Origin: an uncultured delta proteobacterium | GTDB lineage: Bacteria; Desulfobacterota; Desulfomonilia; UBA1062 | Direction of reading: 5' to 3' | NCBI GenBank assembly: GCA_963798485.1 | Contig: CAWCTR010000022.1 | Coordinates: forward strand, 72,489-136,488 | DNA: 64,000 bases | Part shown: positions 58,968 through 64,000 of the stretch, one piece after another | Position numbering within the stretch: the first letter of the stretch is position 1 | Layout of the letters: each line of letters begins with the position of its first letter | Program-made: the position numbers and the translations under genes | The notes under the pieces: model-generated | What the model was told of the DNA's origin: nothing | Seen by the model: the letters and a program-made list of their open reading frames with translations, nothing else | Databases searched by the model: none

Positions 58968-60511
58968 AGCGCACCGCTACGAGGAAGCACGCCGCAGCGG
59001 GTAAGGGGGCATCCGAGGGGATTCACCTTAAGTCTTTGCTGAAACCGGTCCTTCTTCCGGCCCTTGCGGGCATCCTCTATGCCCTTGCCTTCCCTTTTTT
59101 CGGCATCTGGCCCTTGGCGTGGATATTCGCCGTGCCGCTGTTGTTCAGTGTGCAAGGGGTCAGTCCGGGCAGGGCATTTCTTTCCGGGATGATATCAGGG
59201 CTCATCGCCTGGGCGGGTGTGCTCTACTGGATCGCGCTGGTCATGAGCACCTATGGCGGCATGGGCCTGTTCACCGCAACCCTGCTGCTTCTGCTGCTCC
59301 TTGCCTACCTGGCGCTGTACTTCGGGGCCTTTGCCTGGGCTGCATCCAAACTTTTAAATATGAAATTTGCATTTCTCATCCTGCCGGGAATATGGGTGGC
59401 GCTGGAGTTGATGCGCTCCTATACGATCTTCTCAGGTTTCCCCTGGGCGTTATTGGGCCATTCCCAGCTCCCCTTTACCGCCTTTGTCCAGGTCGCTGAG
59501 CTGGGAGGGGTGTTCCTGGTGAGCGCCGTTGTCATGACAGGCAATGTCGCCATTTATCAGGCCATGAAGAAACAGTATGCACCCGTGGCAATCGCTATAG
59601 GCCTGGTCATTCTTTGTGCCGGCTTCGGGCAGTGGCGAATGGGACATGACTCCTTTGGAGGCACACCCTTAAGGGTTGCGGCAGCACAGGCCAATGTCCC
59701 CCAGGACCAGAAGTGGCGAAAGGAACAGATGGATGACACCCTGGATACCTATTTATCGCTCACAGAGCAGGCCATTGATAAAAAGGCCCAGCTCGTGGTC
59801 TGGCCCGAGACGGCATGCACCTTCTACCTCTTCCGGGACTGGCCTGAGACCTTGCGGGTCTTGAAACTCAGCATGGCTGGTAAGTCGGACCTGCTTGTGG
59901 GGAGCCCGGCCTATGAGGACGGCCGGTTCCTCAACCGGGCATATCTGCTGCGTGGCGGCAGGATCATGGGTTCTTATGACAAGATACACCTTGTCCCCTT
60001 CGGTGAATACCTGCCCTTTGCAGGTCTCTTGAGAGAGTATCTTGACAGCCTCACCGCCCAGGTGGGTGACTTCAGCTCCGGGACAAAGGTGGAACCCATA
60101 GAGGATATCGGCGTATTCATCTGCTTTGAGAGCATCTTCCCCGACATATCCAGGCAGCTCTGCAACAAGGGCGCACGAGTCCTGGTGAATATGTCCAACG
60201 ATGCATGGTTCAAGACCTGGTCGACACCCGAGCAGCACCTCCAGTTCGTCTGCTTCAGGGCCATCGAGACAAGGCGGTGGGTGGTACGCGCAGTGAACCA
60301 CGGGATATCCGCGGTCATCGACCCCCAAGGAAGGGTGGTGGAGCGCCTCGGCCTGCTCAAAGAGGGCATGATTGCCTGCGATATCAAAAAGATCGATTAT
60401 ATGAGCTTCTATGTGCTTTACGGCCCGGTTCTTGCGCTCATCTGGGCCGCTGCCTCCATCATCGCGGCATTGACAATGCTTTATGCGGGTGCTAAACCCA
60501 AGGTCCCATGA
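58964..60511 (+). CDS. lnt: Apolipoprotein N-acyltransferase
   Basis: Multiple TM helices, GFPW, WPE, K.HLVPFGEY, ICFE and NDAWF. Confidence 0.95.
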   Translation: MKRTATRKHAAAGKGASEGIHLKSLLKPVLLPALAGILYALAFPFFGIWPLAWIFAVPLLFSVQGVSPGRAFLSGMISGLIAWAGVLYWIALVMSTYGGMGLFTATLLLLLLLAYLALYFGAFAWAASKLLNMKFAFLILPGIWVALELMRSYTIFSGFPWALLGHSQLPFTAFVQVAELGGVFLVSAVVMTGNVAIYQAMKKQYAPVAIAIGLVILCAGFGQWRMGHDSFGGTPLRVAAAQANVPQDQKWRKEQMDDTLDTYLSLTEQAIDKKAQLVVWPETACTFYLFRDWPETLRVLKLSMAGKSDLLVGSPAYEDGRFLNRAYLLRGGRIMGSYDKIHLVPFGEYLPFAGLLREYLDSLTAQVGDFSSGTKVEPIEDIGVFICFESIFPDISRQLCNKGARVLVNMSNDAWFKTWSTPEQHLQFVCFRAIETRRWVVRAVNHGISAVIDPQGRVVERLGLLKEGMIACDIKKIDYMSFYVLYGPVLALIWAAASIIAALTMLYAGAKPKVP

Positions 60512-61633
60512 TAGCAGACTACCAGCAAAAGATAGAAGAAATCGGCGAGCGCCTTGTTGCCATGAGGGGGTATCTTTGAAATACCCTCACGCGAAAAAAG
60601 GCTTTCTGAGATAGACTCTCTCCTGACCCAACCGGAAATCTGGAAAGACACGGGCAAGACAAGGGACCTCCAGTCGGAAAAATCCGGTATCACCGGTATC
60701 TTCTCGCAATGGCAGAGAGTATCGAGGCTCTGGGATGACCTGCAGGTGCTCATGGAACTTGCCAAGGAAGACGAGCAGGGTGTCATCTCAGATATCACGG
60801 ACACGGTTTCGCAGCTCGAAAGGCAGATCAATGCCATCGAGAAGGCGCACGTGCTCTCGGGCAGGGATGACACCAAGAGCGCCTTTATTGAGATCCATGC
60901 CGGGGCCGGCGGCCTTGAGGCCCAGGACTGGGCCGAGATGCTGCTCCGCATGTACCTCAGGTGGGCGGAGATGAACGGGTACACTGCGCGGATCATAGAC
61001 ATATCCTCGGATGAGGAGGCAGGCATCAAACAAGCAACCGTTGAGATATCGGGCCAGTGGGCCTTCGGCTATCTCAAGGGAGAGACAGGGGTCCACAGGC
61101 TGGTTCGGATATCTCCCTATGATGCGAACAAGAGAAGGCACACCTCCTTTGCATCCGTGCTCACGACACCCGAGGTGGACCAGAGCATCGATATCAACAT
61201 CGACGAAAAGGACCTGCGGATCGACACATACCGCGCCTCGGGCCATGGGGGCCAGCACGTGAACAAGACCGACTCGGCGGTGAGGATTACACACCTGCCG
61301 ACCAACACCGTTGTCCAGTGCCAGAACGAGCGCTCGCAGCATAAGAACAAGGCCTTTGCCATGAAGCTGCTGGCAAGCAAGCTCTACGAGCTCGAAGAGA
61401 TGAAACAGAAAGAGCGCATGAACGAATTTTCCAGGGGCAAAAAGGATATTGCCTGGGGCTCGCAGATACGCTCCTATGTCATGCAGCCCTACCAGCTCGT
61501 GAAAGACCACCGCACCAACTTTGAGGTGGGCAATGTCAGTGCCGTGCTGGACGGCGACATCACACCATTTATCGATGCATACCTCATAACCGCAGCCTCA
61601 ACCAAGGAAGGCACGCATGCCGGACCTCATTAG
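60508..61633 (+). CDS. prfB: Peptide chain release factor 2 (programmed +1 frameshift)
   Basis: ATG at 60508 leads to AGGGGG TAT CTT TGA A. The +1 frame continues through SPY, RRHTSF, GGQ and WGSQIRSY. Confidence 0.96.
60565..60580 (+). promoter_or_regulatory. prfB +1 frameshift cassette
   Basis: Internal SD AGGGGG, 3-nt spacer, CTT-TGA slippery stop. Confidence 0.93.
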
Positions 61634-61647
61634 GAGAGAGAAACACT

Positions 61648-62802
61648 ATGTCGTCTGAGATAATACACCTAAGGGACAAAGAGATCATTATAGTGGGCAC
61701 TGCCCACGTTTCCAAGACCTCAGTGGAGGAGGTCGTCTCGAGAATCCGGGAGACCAAGCCTGATACGGTGGCCGTGGAGCTGTGCCAGGCCCGGTATGAT
61801 GTGATGAAGAACCCTCTGGCCTGGCAGAACATGGACATCTTCAAGGTGATAAAAGAGAAGAAGGCGGCCTTCCTTATGGCGAACCTCGTGATGGCTTCCT
61901 TCCAGAGGCGCATAGGAGAGAAGCTCGGGGTGAAACCCGGCGATGAGATGCGCGCAGCCATCGATGAGGCCGAGGCGAACGGCATCGAGGTGGCGCTCGT
62001 GGACAGGAACGTCCAGATCACCCTGGCACGCGCATGGCGGGGCCTCTCCTTGTGGGAGAAGCTGAAGCTGGTCTATGCGGCGCTGCTCGCCATCTTCGAG
62101 GCCGAAGAGATCGATGAGAAGGAGATCGAGAAGCTCAAGGAAAAGGACGTGCTCACTACTGCCGTAGAGGAGATGGCCAAGTATGTCCCCACCATCAAAG
62201 AGGTCCTCATCGATGAGCGCGACGCCTACATGGCGCGCAAGATAGCGGATATTTCAACGGGCAAGGTCCTTGTGGTTATCGGTGCGGGGCACATGCGCGG
62301 CCTTGTGGGCCGGCTCGACCACCCTGTGGAAGATCTGGCGCGGCTTGAAGAGGTGCCCCCGAAGAAGGCAAGCCTTATAAAATGGATCATCCCGCTTTCC
62401 ATCGTTGCAGTGATAGTCTCGGTATTCTTTTACGGCACCCCCAAACAGGGCTATGATATGATCAAGTGGTGGGTCATCTCCACCATGGTCTGCACCGCGC
62501 TCGGCACCATCATCGCCTTTGCCCACCCGGTGACAGTGATCATCGCAGCGCTTGTCTCGCCCATTACGACACTCGTTCACACCGTACCCTCGGGATGGTT
62601 TGCCGGCTTGAGCGAGGCATATCTGAAAAAGCCCAAGGTCTCGGATTTTGAGACCATCCATGACGACATCCTCTCAGTCAGAGGATGGTGGAGAAACCCG
62701 ATTGCCAGGATCCTGCTGGTCTTCTTCATGGCAAACCTGGGGAGCACCGTAGGCGTTTTCATTGCTGCGCCCATGATCGCCAAGATTGCACTGTCGGGGT
62801 AA
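61648..62802 (+). CDS. TraB/GumN (pheromone shutdown-like) family protein
   Basis: GTAHVS, VAVELC..R, PG.EM, LIDERD.YMA, GAGH and C-terminal TM helices. Confidence 0.92.
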   Translation: MSSEIIHLRDKEIIIVGTAHVSKTSVEEVVSRIRETKPDTVAVELCQARYDVMKNPLAWQNMDIFKVIKEKKAAFLMANLVMASFQRRIGEKLGVKPGDEMRAAIDEAEANGIEVALVDRNVQITLARAWRGLSLWEKLKLVYAALLAIFEAEEIDEKEIEKLKEKDVLTTAVEEMAKYVPTIKEVLIDERDAYMARKIADISTGKVLVVIGAGHMRGLVGRLDHPVEDLARLEEVPPKKASLIKWIIPLSIVAVIVSVFFYGTPKQGYDMIKWWVISTMVCTALGTIIAFAHPVTVIIAALVSPITTLVHTVPSGWFAGLSEAYLKKPKVSDFETIHDDILSVRGWWRNPIARILLVFFMANLGSTVGVFIAAPMIAKIALSG

Positions 62803-62889
62803 CAACCGTCTTGATTGTTCCCAATATCCATCATCAGGCAATGAAGCAGGGGCTTCATGCGCATGTGTTTTCCTGCGAAACTGGTTGTT

Positions 62890-63032
62890 GAGACCTTTGC
62901 ATAACCCTATGTCAGTCATTGCGAGTGTAGCGAAGCAATCCCTGCATCTTGGCACTTCTCCGGATTTATCGAGATTGCCACGTCGCCTTCGGCTTCTCGC
63001 AATGACCGATGAGTAGGTTATGCTAAGGTCTC
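62890..63032. mobile_element. 143-bp MITE-like element with terminal inverted repeats
   Basis: TIRs GAGACCTTTGCATAACC / GGTTATGCTAAGGTCTC (16/17) enclose the palindrome GTCATTGCGAG...GCAATC...GATTGC...CTCGCAATGAC. Confidence 0.75.
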
Positions 63033-63062
63033 TCATATCTCGGGGCGAAAGCCCGTGCATAC

Positions 63063-63129
63063 GTCATTCCCGCGGAGGCGGGAATCCAGTTTATAGGGTG
63101 AATCTGGCCCCCGCTTTCGTTGGGGTGAC
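63063..63129. repeat. GTCATTCCCGC-type palindromic repeat doublet
   Basis: GTCATTCCCGCGGAGGCGGGAATCCAG ... CTGGCCCCCGCTTTCGTTGGGGTGAC. Confidence 0.75.
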
Positions 63130-63157
63130 ACACATAATGAATTCGTTTTGAACCCTC

Positions 63158-63844
63158 TTATGTTCCGGAAAATGGAGGAAAGATCTCCCTTGAAGATGAT
63201 TGCAATTTGGGCCCCGATTCATCCCATTCAAGCCATGCCCCGCTGTCATAGAAGGCGGGCAGCACGATGAGGCCGGGTTCTGTGATATAACGGTGCAGGT
63301 GGCCGCAGATAACCGTATCAACCCCCTTTTCGGTATGTATTCCTTCCCGGATGTTCGACAGGGAAGGCCTGACAACCGCAGAAGATCTCACCAGCGAACA
63401 GGCGCAGCGATCCTTCAATGAAAGCGGCAGCCATCGGTCTATGTGCTCGAGCACAGGCCAGCCATATCTGTGCAGAATCTTGAACCCCTTATCAGCCTCG
63501 GTGAGGGTATGCCCATGGGCCAGCAGTATCCTGGAACCATACAGGGTGATGACAGTCTCCTCGATGCGGATAACGTTGATACCCGTCAGTTCAGCGTTTT
63601 TCAGAAGGAAGTCACGGTTGCCCGGCAGCAGGCAGACCTTGGGAGAACGCAGGGCTTCGAGCACATCTTTGAACCCGGCCTCGATCCCCGTATACCAGTA
63701 ATCGAAGAGATCGCCCAGGATGTAGATTTTATCAGCATCCTGAAGCCTTTCTGAAAGCCATGTAATGAACCGGCCGGCCTCTTCTCGGGCGTCCGGCCTG
63801 AGATGGATATCGGCAACGAATACCTGCACTATATAAACCCCCAT
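63158..63844 (-). CDS. lpxH: UDP-2,3-diacylglucosamine hydrolase LpxH-like metallophosphoesterase
   Basis: ADIHL, GDLFDYW, GNRD, HGH and GHLH. The start is 63844 or GTG 63829. Confidence 0.8.
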   Translation of the reverse strand: MGVYIVQVFVADIHLRPDAREEAGRFITWLSERLQDADKIYILGDLFDYWYTGIEAGFKDVLEALRSPKVCLLPGNRDFLLKNAELTGINVIRIEETVITLYGSRILLAHGHTLTEADKGFKILHRYGWPVLEHIDRWLPLSLKDRCACSLVRSSAVVRPSLSNIREGIHTEKGVDTVICGHLHRYITEPGLIVLPAFYDSGAWLEWDESGPKLQSSSREIFPPFSGT

Positions 63845-64000
63845 GGCCGCTAGGCCATAACAAAGGTATGAAAATTTAACTGTTGGCTGATCCATGGGAT
63901 GCCCCACGTTCGTGTGCTCAAGAAACAGTGGAGCCACAGCCCACGAGTCCGGATAATACTAATATGATTTTAAGCAGAGTGCATCTGAATTGTTGTCCAT

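Noticed and set aside
60577-60579. In-frame TGA in prfB read as a pseudogene or selenocysteine codon
   Set aside because: It is explained by the established RF2 +1 programmed frameshift.
62674-63060. 128-aa ORF containing VIARSRRRRGNL...DCFATLAMT
   Set aside because: It is a translation of the palindromic MITE, not a credible gene.

Overview
This 64 kb window is gene-dense, moderately GC-rich bacterial chromosome. Gene content and order suggest a Desulfobacterota/deltaproteobacterial organism (inference only). Most of it is housekeeping: glgA (partial), mtaB, polX, rpsT, leuS-lptE-holA, PBP1A, an MltD-like enzyme, rpoH-hsp20, rpmH-rnpA-yidD-yidC-jag-mnmE-rsmG, pgeF-coaE, proC, engB, xseAB, mnmG, rlmN, tRNA-Arg(CCG), moxR-vWA, corC-lnt-prfB (programmed +1 frameshift), traB and lpxH. 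I found no CRISPR array, rRNA, transposase or prophage gene. The most notable block is about 31.7-43.3 kb. It holds a two-gene minor-pilin unit with an apparent PilX-PilY1 fusion, a TPR/Ser-Thr-phosphatase/J-domain operon, and a diguanylate cyclase facing away from an HDOD-hybrid kinase-REC/pseudo-HisKA-REC-USP operon. Other oddities are an mnmE with only an ATA codon at its expected start, a broken rpmH-dnaA / mnmE-mnmG-rsmG order, a PolX with an altered catalytic triad, an AT-rich secreted orphan, and several nested MITE/REP-like palindromic repeats. All calls come from reading motifs by eye; no searches were run.
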